From positions 6,450,001-6,510,000 of the forward strand of contig NC_087251.1 of NCBI RefSeq assembly GCF_037042905.1: DNA of 60,000 nucleotides, in the 5' to 3' direction. Below the pieces are notes generated by a model. The model did no database searches. It was not told where the DNA came from and saw only the letters and a program-made list of their open reading frames with translations. Numbering within the stretch: the stretch's first letter is position 1; every line of letters begins with the position of its first letter. This document shows positions 47,349 through 60,000 of this stretch, one piece after another. This DNA comes from Lytechinus pictus (Eukaryota). A program made the position numbers and the translations under genes.

Positions 47349-50300
47349 TTATACGTCTGTTTCTACGTGTCTATGTGCCATCCCAGCTCTGGTCTTCTGT
47401 AAGTCTGATAGGCTTATGATCTCAATCTCATCTTCTTCATCTGTCTCTTCATTATTCAGAAGTTTTACCACACCATCTCCTATTGAAATACAGTAAGACA
47501 AAGGGTTAAGAATTACAATCCTAAAGTCATAACTTGAAAACAAACTTATCTAAAACCATTATATAACTACATGTATAACATCGCAAGTCTTATTTCCTAG
47601 CAGTTAAGGATGTTAGGATGTTTCATAAATCCAAGGAATCTCTGAGATTGAAGAATAACTGGAATATGGCATACGAAATAGACTCGTCAGCCATTTTCAA
47701 TCATATCAGATAATTTCCAAAAAATTACAATTTGGCAATTCAATTGTCTTGTGTCTATAGCTAAACTAATAAGGAAAGAATATGGATATCTTATCTAGTC
47801 AGAAGAGTAATTTCCTGAACCCACAGTTGTAATACTGTTTCTTATCACCATTACATCTTCTTGGTTGAGCAATGGAATTTACATGACAGCTAAGATTAAT
47901 TTAAGTTCACAATCATAAACAAGTGAGAATAAATGTGTAAAATAAATTTTCAATGAAAACCAGCCCTATCTTACCATGGATAATAAAAATAAAATACTCT
48001 TTCTATTCATTACTATAAATTGATATTTCCTAGTATTTTGTAATAAGGAACTTGTATGTCCGCTGATGTTTAGATAATAAATCCACAATTTTTAAAATAC
48101 AGATCAATACTTTCATAACAATGCTTTTGATACCCTTTGGAATAAACATAACAGAGCAAAATAGAACAAATCGTTGTGTCAGTGCATGAACGCCCTTCGC
48201 ACCACACTTCCACGCACCTCACATAGAAGAGAGTATGATATGTTGTCTGATGATTAATGAAATACCCTTATGCAAACTATTAAGGGCATTTCTGTGTGCA
48301 TGCAATGCGCAAAAGTGTGGTGCTAAGGACGTTCCTGCACCGACACAACGAAATGAAATAACTTTGACCTTTTTCTTGGTACTCTTCTGACCAATCCTTC
48401 TTCATATCATATTGCAGATATCTGAATGAGTGATAACAGAAAAAGATATTAATGAAGAAAAACTATAAAAAGGATAAATACATAATGTTAGAATGACATA
48501 CTTGTTACACACATTAAACATAAATTTTACAATTCAAACAAACTAGATACCAGCAATATAATGCAGTTTTGTAATATTGCAACACAGGAATCATCATTGC
48601 TAATATTAGTATCATCATTACATAACTGCTATTTTCTTGCAAATAGATACATCCTTAATTGCACACTTATGTAGCAGTAATTATTTAAGAAAAAAAAATT
48701 ACTTACCAAAAGCATTCTTAGAAAAGATATATGTGCAATAAATGTTTTAGTAATAAAATTTCAGAAATCATATAACGTCATCATTAATTTACAAACATAT
48801 TGAATGATTAAAAAAGTACCCTAGTATGCTTACAAAATTCTGGAAATTCATGATATAAATTCATTTCAATGTTCATTATTAACAGATTTCAATTTCTGAA
48901 GGGTGACATGGTGATATTAAAAGAAACATTTTCCCCTTTATAAAAATTTTGCATGACAGTTTAGAACCCACCTATAAAATCATTTGACAGTACAATAGAA
49001 ACAAGTGATTATTAATCTTTAAGTGATGTTACAGCAACGAATAGGTGATCTTTCACCAAACCCATCTGTCAGGGTGTAATTAAAGGTTGAGACAAACCAG
49101 TTATGCAAACACTAAAACCTATTACTCCTTCATGTATACAAGTAATTGTGGTTTATCCGTCTTGTTCATGTAAAAACATATCAAGGGTAATCATTAACAA
49201 AGTTTATGACCACCAAGATACTAGTTTTTTCCAGAGTTATAACAGGTTAAGAAATTTCCCTAGACGCCGCATATGGGCTTTGAATATCCAAAGTAGGAAG
49301 CCAAGAGCCTACAGAATAATAAGATGTGTATGACTTTTGCAGGAAATACTGAGGAAATAAAGCTTTACTTATAAAATAACATCAGCTCCATGCACTAATT
49401 CAAACATATGAAATCATTGGTTTCATAAAAAACAATTGTTTTATTTCCAAACTGCCCATGTGAAATGGATAAAAGTAACTAAAAAAACTTCTTTTCTTGT
49501 GTATGGGTGAGGGTGTGTGAGTGAGTGCATGCCACCCCCCCCCCCCCCCCTTCATCGTGGATTTGTAAGCATCCAATGGAAAGGCATTTTACATTAAGCA
49601 AGACAAGAAACATCAAGTGAAAAATTTGCAAACCTAAGCTATAAAAATACTGGCAAAAAGAAGCTGCTGAAAACTGCTTATCTAATAAAAGAGAGCCAAT
49701 GGAGTAAATTAGAAAGTCAAAAAGGGGCCTAAGCTTTCGATCCTAGCAGAATCTTCGTCGGAGGCAAAATGACCACTGTTAGATATACTTATAAATATCA
49801 GGAATCAGTCAAATACAAGTGCACTTCAATGGCTCACCACAATATTAATTGCTGGTTTCATACCACACATGTGAATGCACCTGGTTATTTTGGACTGAAA
49901 TGAAGTCTTATGTTTGTATGTATTCTAAAAATATGTACAATGTGCATGGAATTTCTGAGAGCAGATCTCCATCACAGTCAATGACTCTAATATCTATATT
50001 TCCTTTTACCATAGCATGTACACTCTTCATGTTGAACTTTAAATGACTGCACTAATTACAGGGTTGTAGAATCTGAATGTTCTACTATCCCTCAAGGCCT
50101 GAACATCTGTTAGTATCAAGCCATAACATGTATACTTACATGGCAAAGACAAGACTGATTAAAGATAGAAGAGCCATAACTAGGAATGAGAATCCTGGCC
50201 AGAAATCAATTGTAGCTCTGTAGAGACTGTTGAAGAGTAATGAACCAGTCAGGAGCATTGAAGCTTCTACCAGAGATGAACAGGCAAACATAGCACCTAA

Positions 50301-53300
50301 TCAAAATAAATAAAGAGAAATACACAGTCACAACACTCCTGGGAACTGTAGATAATTTTTTGGGGAAAAAAATTAAATCATTCTCTTTGAATATATTTAC
50401 CATACTTGAAGATGTTTCATCTCAATGGATGTTTTCATGTGTATAATTTGTCTTTTTTCTGACATAGTGAAAAGCATCATAGAATATTATTGAGACTCAG
50501 TCATTGTGAGATCATGTCTAACTTTTAATTAGCTCCATGAAACATCAACTAGAAATGGAATAGGTAAGATGTTGACATTTCTTTTGATTGGGGGCTATCT
50601 TTTGTACTTCTGATCATTTTAGAATTACATAATCTTATATTGAGAACAGCCATTTTGGGGGCCTATCCCAATTTGCAAGTGCTATCTGGATCATTTGGGG
50701 CCTTTCAAACTATTGTATCCTTCCCTTGCCCCTGGCCATTTCTTATGATGAATTTGGTATTGAATGTTCTCATGAATTTGTTTGATTATGCATTAGTACG
50801 TTATCCCTGTTGACAAATGCATATTAACAATGTATATTTCAACCATCTAAAGTCCATATTGAGCGTTTTGTTTACTTACCAAACTCTGTTGACTCTACAA
50901 GTCTTGTTGCTATCGATCCCTGTACTGCTCTTGTCAGACCAAACAGACAACCAATCACAGAAACTGAATCAAATCAAAGACAATGCACTTTAAAAAGACT
51001 GATATAACTAAATGATAATATGAACATTAATTAAATCCTCATTCCATAGAGGTGCACTGAAGTCCTTTATCTACACACAGCAGACTATTTTTGTAAAGAA
51101 TTTGAAGTTATTTTAAACTGCTGCACATAGGAGATATTGCATGTGAATCTGATTGTCTTTCCAAAATATCAATTTTTTTCTTATAGTAGCTTGAAGGATG
51201 ATCGGTCATTATCTGGTACTTCTCGCTAGGTGTTTTTAGGCTGTATCCCATGATTATTGCCAGATTTAGAGACTGGTACACATTTTTTTTTTTTTTTGGG
51301 GGGGGGGTGTAAAATTGGTTCAAGATTAAGTTGGTTTCAATAATAAAGTGCCTTCAATCAAATTGGAGTTGAAATATTAACCACCATCCATGTTTTGGAG
51401 GATTATAGTGGCAGGACATGACCACTGGTTAACTCTCATATCACAGTTAAGTAATGGTAAATGTACACAGTGTAAGGTAATACATGTATGACCTTATTAA
51501 AAGAGAATTGGACAATGCCGTATTTCAGTTTTGATGAATATCATCATAACATTATACTCATAGTCAGGTTTAACTTAGACCATGGTCTAACTCTGTGCTA
51601 AAATTATGGGAGCCAGAAATTCAAAAATTCTTTTCATATTGTATATTTCTTATGTTTATTATTTTGTTTCCTTCTGATTTTATATTGAACAAAAATACCT
51701 CAGTATACTTCAGTTATCATTCCCAGATAATTTGAGTTTCATTTGAGTTAATAAATTGGATGTGTATTGTTAGGGATTTGTGCCCCAATTGGCTCTCAAT
51801 AGTTAAACCAAAACTTTAAACCAAGGTTTAATTTGAACCCGTCTCCAGAATACGGGCCTATAGCCTTTATTCTGAAGTCCAGTTTAACTAAGACCATGGA
51901 CTAACTCTAACTCTGTGCTACAATAATTATGGGAAGGCAAAAATGTCAAAATTTTCATTAACAACAGTTTCTGATGTTCACTGAGCTCTGTCACCATGCT
52001 ACAATAATGAAGAAAATTAACTTAGTTATTATTCCAAGACAGTTGTGAATGACCTGAATACAAATGAGCTGATGAATCAAACATGTTTGTGTCACATTTG
52101 GCTTTCCATACTTAAACCACAGGTTTAGACCAGAGATTGAATGAAAGGTAAAAGAAAGTAGTTGCAGCAGACAATCATTTCATGAGAAAGTCTTTAAAAT
52201 CAAGGTTAAATGCCACCAAAATCTCATTAATCTACCTTAGTTTTGGTACATTGAAATAAACTGATCTTCAAAGACCGATAATTCTGATGATCACTAACAC
52301 AAAAAGCATGTGGGCAGTGTATTAATATTGCTTCGAATAATACCTGACATTCTATGGAATTCCGTGCTTATTTTGCTCATTTCTCAGCAATTACACATTT
52401 TTCTAGAGCCATTTGGCACATATTTTTTATTTATACATAACACTTGGGAGGTGATTTTATTAATTTATTGGATTCTGTTCGAATTCATTTTGAGATCTTT
52501 ACCACAACTGGTATTTTTCTTCAAACCAAAGTTCAGAATATGGGTCATAGTGTTAAAAAGTAACTCAGAATGTGCAAAAGCAGCCCAATGTATAAGTATA
52601 TAAGTATTTTTATTGTCCATAAATTGAAATTCGTCTTGGTTGGCACCACATTATGTAAATTCAACAGAGAGGTTATTCACTAGTAAATGATAAGATGGAT
52701 TTTAATACCTGACATCATCACTCCAGTGGTCTTAGCTACAGCCATGGTGGTGTAACCAGCGATGGTAGATAATATACCCAGCTCTGCCCACATCATATCC
52801 CTGTCTGGTGTGCTATGATTGGTCACCTTCGCTATGATAGGGACTACCAAGATGAGAGCCACACCCTTTAAGGCGGTCCTAAGGGCAAGGTATACACCCA
52901 CTGTGGATGGGGGCCAGCTGAGAGGGGAATGCTTGGTATATAAGATGGTCAGATCCATGTCACCTAATATAATAACAATTTGTATGAAGTTATTCAAATT
53001 AATTAGTCAAGGCCTTTACATGGATGAAACATATTACATAAGAAACATAGTTCAAGCAAGTCTGGATTATTCTACAATGAGTTTTTATTCCGAACTCACT
53101 GTCCAATTCTAATTATATCTATTGCCTTGGCAATTTCAATAGGCTTTTTTTTTCTTGGTCTATTTTGTGGCTTGCTTTTTATAAACTTGAATGCTAGGTT
53201 TTTCTTAATTTCTGTTCACTACATTTTTTGTCAGTTATACTCAGTCAATGAATAATCCAAAAGGCTTTAATGATAAAATGAGCTTTAAAACCATCAACAC

Positions 53301-54226
53301 ATTTGTGAATGAATTTGATTAATATTAAGAAGCAATATCCTGACACAAGAATTGTACTCACCAGACTGAGCAATCACTCCTGTGATGGAGATCATCACGT
53401 TAAGTATCAAGTGCTTTCTCCTCGAGCCCTTTCGCTTCAGGAATATGACAGACATAGCTCTCTTAAAACTGTCCACAACATAGCTGCAGCACTGTACTGC
53501 CTTGTTGGGAGGCTTAGCTCCTATTCCTGCAGAACCATTTTGTTTCAAGTCTCTTTCATGCTTTGGTAATGATTCCTTTAAATGTATTGCAATGTACAAG
53601 AGAATAGTTACATGTAATAAGAGGTACAGGAAGAAGACTGGTGCAAACCCTAAGCGTTCTGTCATTGTACCTCCTATAACAAGTCCCAAAGTACCTCCAA
53701 TATAGACCATTGCTTCTAAAAGACCAAGACGCTTCATACGCGATGATGGGTCTGTAATATCTGTTATATAGCTAACTACAGAGACAAAAAATGTTCCTAG
53801 ATTACCAGTTATTCCCATTGCAACGCCACTCAGTAGTAAGGTCTCCACTGGCCAATCTATGTAGAACGAGTTGAGGATGAAGTTGATAGCTGCAATTGTT
53901 GTGCCAATGGAAGGTAGCGTCATGATGATCTTTCGACCTAACTTGTCACTAAGGGGCCCAAATATTGTGGCCATGATGGCACCTGGTACCATGGAAGCTA
54001 TATTGAAATAGAGGATCCATTTCGTGGAGTCACTCTCTACATCATTCTCGATCTCAGCAAATGCTGTTTTATTGCTGCAGACACTGCTATCGTGTGATAG
54101 ACGACACACCTTCTGTATAATGAGGAGCTGAAGGACCGGACCTTGGATGAAGAATCCAAACATAAAGAGGAAGAGGACAGGCTCAACAGTCACAGCTTTT
54201 AGGTATCTCACTACAGCATTTGCCAT
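47349..54226 (-). CDS. SLC46 (PCFT/SLC46A3-like) MFS transporter, paralog B, ~514 aa
   Basis: Minus-strand exons 54226-53362, 52963-52709, 50963-50880, 50296-50140, 48421-48369, 47479-47349 join in frame (1545 nt). N-terminal TVEPVLFL, SDKLGRK, SYITDIT, YTKHSPLSW, FNSLYRATIDFWPGFSF are SLC46 hallmarks. The last two exons are less certain (weak GTCAAA donor). Confidence 0.9.
48172..48350. mobile_element. Sola-like hairpin MITE
   Basis: ~45-bp TIRs cgttgtgtcagtgcatgaacg... / ...cgttcctgcaccgacacaacg with 4-bp TSD aaat. Confidence 0.7.
49727..49765 (-). ncRNA. Minimal type I hammerhead ribozyme motif (Penelope-like element remnant), U4C variant
   Basis: Minus strand GCCU-CCGACGA-A-GAUUCU-GCU-AGGAUC-GAAA-GC-UU-AGGC: stem I GCCU/AGGC, stem II, GAAA, palindromic AAGCUU in place of stem III. 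Confidence 0.7.
51562..52546. mobile_element. Two adjacent Harbinger-like MITEs (51562-51858, 51862-52546); the second is interrupted by a decayed Kolobok-like element (~52144-52520)
   Basis: Both share ggtttaacttagaccatggtctaactctgtgct-like sequence with 43679-43969; right ends cagaatacgggcc (51858) and ttcagaatatgggtc (52546). Confidence 0.65.
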
Positions 54227-54542
54227 GATTACTGAATAATGGTGGTTGTGTAGTTATCACCTAACGCATTCCATTGCTCGCTGATATTGCTGAGTGACCA
54301 ATCAGAAACAATCTGGAAAAATAAAACACAAACAAGTGTTCAACTTCAAGCACAAACAAATTCAGTACGATCTAGTCGGATCAGTACGGTCTAGTCACAT
54401 GTGCTATTACCTAAATCTAATTCTTGATTCAATTCTTGATTGATAACTTTAATGTTATACCAATGATCATCTTAAAAAATACCTTTAAAGTTTAATTATT
54501 AGGTCTTTTTATTTAACCAAGTTATTTAAAGTAGGGACTTCA

Positions 54543-54552
54543 GTCACGTGAC
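54543..54552. promoter_or_regulatory. Perfect CLEAR/E-box palindrome GTCACGTGAC near the 5' end of SLC46 paralog B
   Basis: Exact MiT/TFE consensus ~320 bp upstream of the ATG; CCAAT on the minus strand near 54714-54718. Confidence 0.45.
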
Positions 54553-57500
54553 ATTTCTCGTTGACTGCGATCGCTCTCCACGCACAGTCAATGGGAGCTC
54601 ATTTACTTTGTACAAACTCACGAGCGGTTTGCTTTTGGCACGCGATTTGTGAATGAACTGAGAAAGACGTACTTGTGACGCATTGTTTTCAAATGGCTTA
54701 GGGCATCGTTCTGATTGGTCAACCTCCTCATAATTTTTAAAGAACTGATGAAAAAAACATGAAAAATTAACATACCCCAAAAATAGCCATGTCCATCACT
54801 GTCTTAGAAGTGAAATGGTTGAGAGAATATCTTCAGCTGGCACCCCCGGAAGGTGTCAATGGAATTTGCTATTTTTTGGTACGTAGTATTATCATATATA
54901 TTTGTTGCTATTTATGAAGTTTCTCAATTTTTTATTGAAAAATAGTTATTCCCATGCTCGGCAGAGTAACATGATTTCCCAGTCATTTTTTTTAACGCTT
55001 TCTTACTCGGTCCGAGCGAGCAGAGGCAGAACCCCCAGTCGATAATGACGTCATCATCATATTCCGAGTGGATTCGTCCACTGATCAAGAGGGGTGGAAA
55101 ATTGGAGGGTCACGATTTTTACGTAATTATCTTTATCTAACACGTTTGAAAATTATTGAAAAATAATCTAATACGATGTCACAGAATTATAAGATCGATA
55201 AAGAGTTCAAATGATCATTAAAATCATCTATTGAAAATGAATTTCACTGTTGGAATACATTGTTCCCTATGACGAATGGTATCGTGCCACAGTGAGATTT
55301 CGTAACACCCCTTGGATCATGCTCAATTCTGTTGCAATTAAACAAGATCGACCGTCTTTAATCAATAAAATTACCATCTTTGACACTTTACCGAGTGTAT
55401 TTATTTTTTTAATAACGCTGATCTGCATATAAACTATGGGAAAATGTGAGTGAAAATGTGCGTGTGACCCTCTAGATCTAACTAAAAAAACACTTAAGAA
55501 CATTTCACATTTCATAATGTCGTCCGAAACGAACACACCATATTTTTACAACACAAAAATCTACGAGTGGGGCTGTAATAGACATCTTCGGAAGAGTACA
55601 GTCTTGTCAATAAAAGTGAGAATTTATCAATTATTTTCTTTTTTTGTGGAATTCAATGGCTCCTTAAAGGCTATGATATGAAAATATTGCATTATTAGAC
55701 TGACATGGCCTTGTTGGGTCGGGGAGAAGGGGGGGGGGGGCAAATTCAAACAGGAGAATAATCATATTATTCATAATCATATTCATAACAATGTCGATCA
55801 ATCATTTAATGAATGTCTTTGAAAATGAAATAAAGTAATTCCAAGGTTATCAAACTTCCCTTTATATCAACTGAATATTGATATCAAATAGGGAAAGAAA
55901 GTTGGAAACTACATTTACAGCAAGAATATATATGATTTCATATTTCATAAATCAAGTTCACCGTAACGCATGTGAATTTTCCACACAAAAAAATTGTTAA
56001 AAATTCATGTGCTTACTATTACTGCCAAATGACATAATAAAGCTCAATCTGCATTAAAATTCTGGTATAATTGACACTAAAGGGACAAATGTGATGAAAT
56101 TATGATTTCATATTTCATAATTGTTCAAGGTTATAACATGAATTTCCCACCAATGCCAATGGTTAAAAAATATATGTGCTTCTACTAATAAATGACATAA
56201 TAAAGCTCAATCTGCATTAAAATTCCTGTTGAACTGACTCTATACAGTGCGTCCCCCCAAAAAACTATACACTTTTGAAATGGCTGCCAAATAAAAAATA
56301 TATCACTTTGGGGGGAAAGACTTATATATATAGAAAGCAAATAAAGTCAACTTTCAAATGACACCAAAAAGTTGGAAAACTTTTCATGCTTGAGCGAGCA
56401 CTGCCCACTGAAACAAAGGGCATGAAAATTAGGCTGGGCTGGAATAAGCCTTCCACTTTCTTTCAGGTTTTTTTGTTTGGAACTTGCAAAGTTGAGGGTT
56501 TTGTGATGAATTAATGATTAATTGACATTAATTGAGATTGATTAATTGAGACAGTTTGTTGTTTGAGAAAATTTCATGTGTTATTAAATTGAAATTTAAT
56601 GCATGAGTGATCATGAATTGCAATTTTTAGTGCAGCATTTTGACTTTATCATGTAGATCTCAGCAATGTGTTCATGAGAGTCAGGAGAATAGGGGGTAAG
56701 ATAGGACTTAAGTAGGTGAAGTACGTTGATGGGATAAAGGTCACAGAACATTTAGCAACCCCTCCCTCCATCTCTATCCCCCTTCTCTCCTCCTGAGAGA
56801 CTAAACTCGCGGCTAGGCTGGGCAGGAATTAGCCTAACAGTTTTTTGAGTGGTTAGTCATTTGGAACTTGCAAAGCTAAGGGTGTTTTGCTAAATTAATG
56901 AATGAGATAAGTTTTTGTTTCTTAGGCAAATTGAATTGAAAATTGAAATTTAATGCATGAGTGAACAGGAATTGTAATTTTAGTGTAGCCTATTCATCTT
57001 GTGGACCTAAGCAGTGTGATTGTGAGAGTCAGAGTAATGTGATGGTACCTGTTTCAAGCAAGAGGGCGAGATATGGTAAGACTTGGTTAAAAGGGCATTC
57101 CTCTTCTTTTTGTCCTTTTACAAATAAAAGTCATATGTACCCTCCCCCCCTCCACCTCCATTTCCCCGGCTCCCCCTGTCTCTGTCTCACTTCCTGGATT
57201 GAAGCCTATTCAAAAACTTTAATGCCAGTGAAGTGACCGGTGGCTGATAGTAATTTTTTTTCATTGAATGATTACCAAGAAATTGACTGATTATGATGAT
57301 TTATGAAATAATTTATTGAAAAACTGAATGTTTGATTGATCACATTGCACATTGAAATAGTCGATTCATTGATAAATTGTTGATTTATGAATGAAAGGAA
57401 AAAGTTGATGCCCGAATTCAGAATTTATCATTAAATCAACATTCTGCTCTGGACTTTACGCGTACATGACAATAACAATCAGTCACTCAACAGAAGGGGA

Positions 57501-57776
57501 GGGTGGGAGAGAGGGAGGAAGGGGGGGGGGGCTAAATGTTCTGTTGACCCTTATTCCATCAACCTACTTCTCCCACTTAAGTCTTATCTCACCCCCTATT
57601 CTCCCGACTCCCATAAACACATTGCTGAGATCCACATGATAATGTTGAAATGCTGCCCAAAAAATTTGTGTTCACTCATGCATTAAAGTTCAATTTAATA
57701 ATTTATGAAACTTGCTTACCTGGTAAACAACCAAAACTGGTCTTGGTTGATCATTAATTTATCACAATGCCCTTAA

Positions 57777-58904
57777 ACGGGAATCCAACCCAAATAAAAA
57801 CTTGTTTTTGTAAGGAAAAGAAAAATCAGACAAGTTGATAGGTGAAAGTTTGAACAATATTGGACAAACAGCAAGAAAGTTATGAATTTTTTAAAAGTTG
57901 TAAATATTGGTAATCACTATACCCATGGCCCGGGGGGGGGGGGGGGGCACTCAGTATATAATACATAGTGGGTATGTGCCGCGGAGAGGACCCCCATTTT
58001 TACACTCGAATTTCCGTTCCAAGGCATATCATTGAGAAAAAAAAGAAAGCCGCTCAAAAGCATATCATTTTCTTCTTATCTTGAAAAAAAGAAGAAAGAA
58101 ATCCGCTCCAAAGCTTCGCATATTTTCCGTTACGCCGTTCCGGTCGCATTGATCTGCTACAACTTTGGTGAAAAGCCGCCGCCGAGATCTGTCTGACTAT
58201 CGCCTCTGCGCTAGCGCACCCGGGCCGCCAGGCTAGCTGCATGCACGTATGCCTGTTCCATGGGGATGAATACGCACTCACATGCAGGCGACCCGTTCCA
58301 AGGACCCCCGTTTTCACAAACATTTATAGTTCCGAAGCCCGTTCCGAGGACCCTCCTTTTTACAATTAGCCCGCTCCAAGGCCCCCGTTTTTTGTCTTGC
58401 CCGCGGCACATCCCTACTACTTTTTTGGTCGAGTGCCCCCCCCCCTCCCCGGACCCATGGAGACTTCAAATTGGCCGCATATGGGATGTCATAGTGATGT
58501 AAGGCAAGGACTACTCTTCCATGTACTCCAACACATATTATGGCTAAAATGTAATTTTTCCCAAAAGCTTTATTTCAAATTATATTTTTCTTTCATGAGG
58601 ACATAAAACAATATTCTACCTGGGTTATATCTAGATTACTGCCCCAGGGGAATGGGTACTTAGGAGAAAACGACAAATCCCTGATAATAAAGTACATTGC
58701 CAATTGGAAAGTTGTCCTTGCCCCTTGTCATAATTTACTTACCCAGTTGCCAATTTGAAATCTACATAGTATTAGTGATCTCAATTTTAAAGCAGCTATA
58801 ACTTTCTTATTGCTTGTCCGATTTCTTTCAGACTTTCACCATTCTGTTTAATTTAATTTTCTCCTTCCCAACACAACATTTTATGGCCAAGGTTGGATTC
58901 CCCT
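57777..58904. mobile_element. Kolobok-like MITE (copy of 40906-41494) with a nested insert
   Basis: TTAA TSD (57773-57776, 58905-58908); colinear with 40906-41494. Confidence 0.9.
57929..58452. mobile_element. Non-autonomous DNA transposon with CCCGG(G)n termini and 8-bp TSD
   Basis: TSD acccatgg (57921-57928, 58453-58460); empty site actatacccatggagac seen in the 40906 copy; TIR cc(c)gg(g)ncactc. Confidence 0.92.
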
Positions 58905-60000
58905 TTAACTTTGCAAGTTCCAAAGGATTTGCCTCTCAAAAACTGACAGAAATTGGAAGGCTCATTCCAGCCCAGCCTAATTTTCATATCCTTTGTTTCA
59001 GTGGTTCAAGCATGAATAGTTTTCCAACATTTTGGTGTCATTTGAAAGTTTACTTTATTGGCTTCCATAATAGGCAAGTCTTTCCCCCCAAAGTGATATA
59101 TTTTTTATTTGGCAGCCATTTCAAAAGTGTATATTTTTTTTTGGGACGCACTGTAGAGGGAAAATGTGATAAAAATTATGATTTCATATTTCAAGGTCAA
59201 GTTCAAGGTAATAACACTTCTGATATTCCAGGTAGTGGTCAAAAAAATATTTTCGTACTTTTTAATAGCATTACACAGCATATTCAACTAAACATTTCCA
59301 CTTTAATTGACCAGAAAGGCAAAAATATAGAAAAATATGCAAAAATTATGATTTAATATTTCATAAATTTATTATCAATGACCTTAACCATGCAAAAAAT
59401 ACATCAAAGCAAAATATAATATATCTACTAACATCCTGCCAGGTTTCATAGCTGTAATGCAAAAAACTTTGGAATAACACAAGTTTGAAAATATTATGTC
59501 AGGTTTTTCATGGTGCCATTCTCACAACAAAGTAAAACATAAGAATGACCTTTGACCTTTGGTCAAATATTATGTCCCATTACCGAAACATAATTGGGCA
59601 TAACTAATGACTCGTTGGGTCAATTTTCAAAATTCAAAGTGTTCTGAGATCTGGAAGAGTTCCTCTTTCCAATGGCATCAATTGCAAAGCTATTATCACA
59701 AGATCTAAAAATCCTCTGAAATGCCTATTTAAAGTTTGACCTATATGAGGTCGATTATGAAACCCTGATTCCCTAAAAATCCCATCAACAAAGTTAGCTT
59801 CTGTCATGCGCTGTGCCCAAAGGCAAAGCAATGGTATTGAGGCTTTAACAAACAGCATTCAACAACACAAGAACAAATTCCAGTTTACATCATTTATCAT
59901 AATTCATATCTTAACATTCTTTTGACCAAGAACCATGCATTGGATGTAACCAGTCGTAGAACTACATTAGCTACACTAACTTCACTAGTAGGGATGATAG

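Larger units (their letters stand above)
56245..59153. mobile_element. Tc1/mariner-like palindromic MITE hosting two nested insertions
   Basis: TA-cagtgcgtccc...tatacacttttgaaatggctgccaaat / atttggcagccatttcaaaagtgtata...gggacgcactg-TA; long inverted arms. Confidence 0.88.
55925..59370. repeat. Old ~170-bp degenerate tandem repeat, split by nested MITEs
   Basis: tatgatttcatatttca at 55931, 56101, ~59178 and a variant at ~59347; the unit resumes across the Tc1-like insert (tgactcta[TA insert]gagggaaaatgtgat vs tgacactaaagggacaaatgtgat). Confidence 0.6.

Noticed and set aside
55046..55053. CRE palindrome TGACGTCA upstream of paralog B
   Set aside because: Lies in sequence that looks like another repeat fragment; an isolated 8-mer is uninformative.

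Overview
AT-rich, intron-rich animal genomic DNA; the repeat families suggest a sea urchin or other echinoderm (inference). It holds the last 11 coding exons of MCM5 (+, 737-9841) and two convergent SLC46/PCFT-family MFS transporter paralogs with matching exon structure (+ 15123-20111; - 47349-54226), plus remnants of a third copy. A very young, intact BEL/Pao LTR retrotransposon occupies 21787-34604 (5-bp TSD, 1076-bp LTRs, single ~1908-aa gag-pol ORF). Many MITEs, SINEs and a Helentron-type element are present, some nested up to four deep. Most notable: the BEL element has no tRNA primer-binding site. The 11 nt right after its 5' LTR (GTAAAAACACT) are the exact complement of the junction (AGTG|TTTTTAC) formed by splicing a 726-nt GT-AG intron inside the LTR, suggesting splicing-dependent, Tf1-like self-priming. 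The 3' LTR carries an even younger 3-kb hAT-like insertion with 21 hairpin-forming 110-bp repeat variants. A Penelope-type minimal hammerhead motif sits on the sense strand of an SLC46 intron. All calls were made by eye with no alignment or database search; TE superfamily labels rest on TSD and terminus conventions only.
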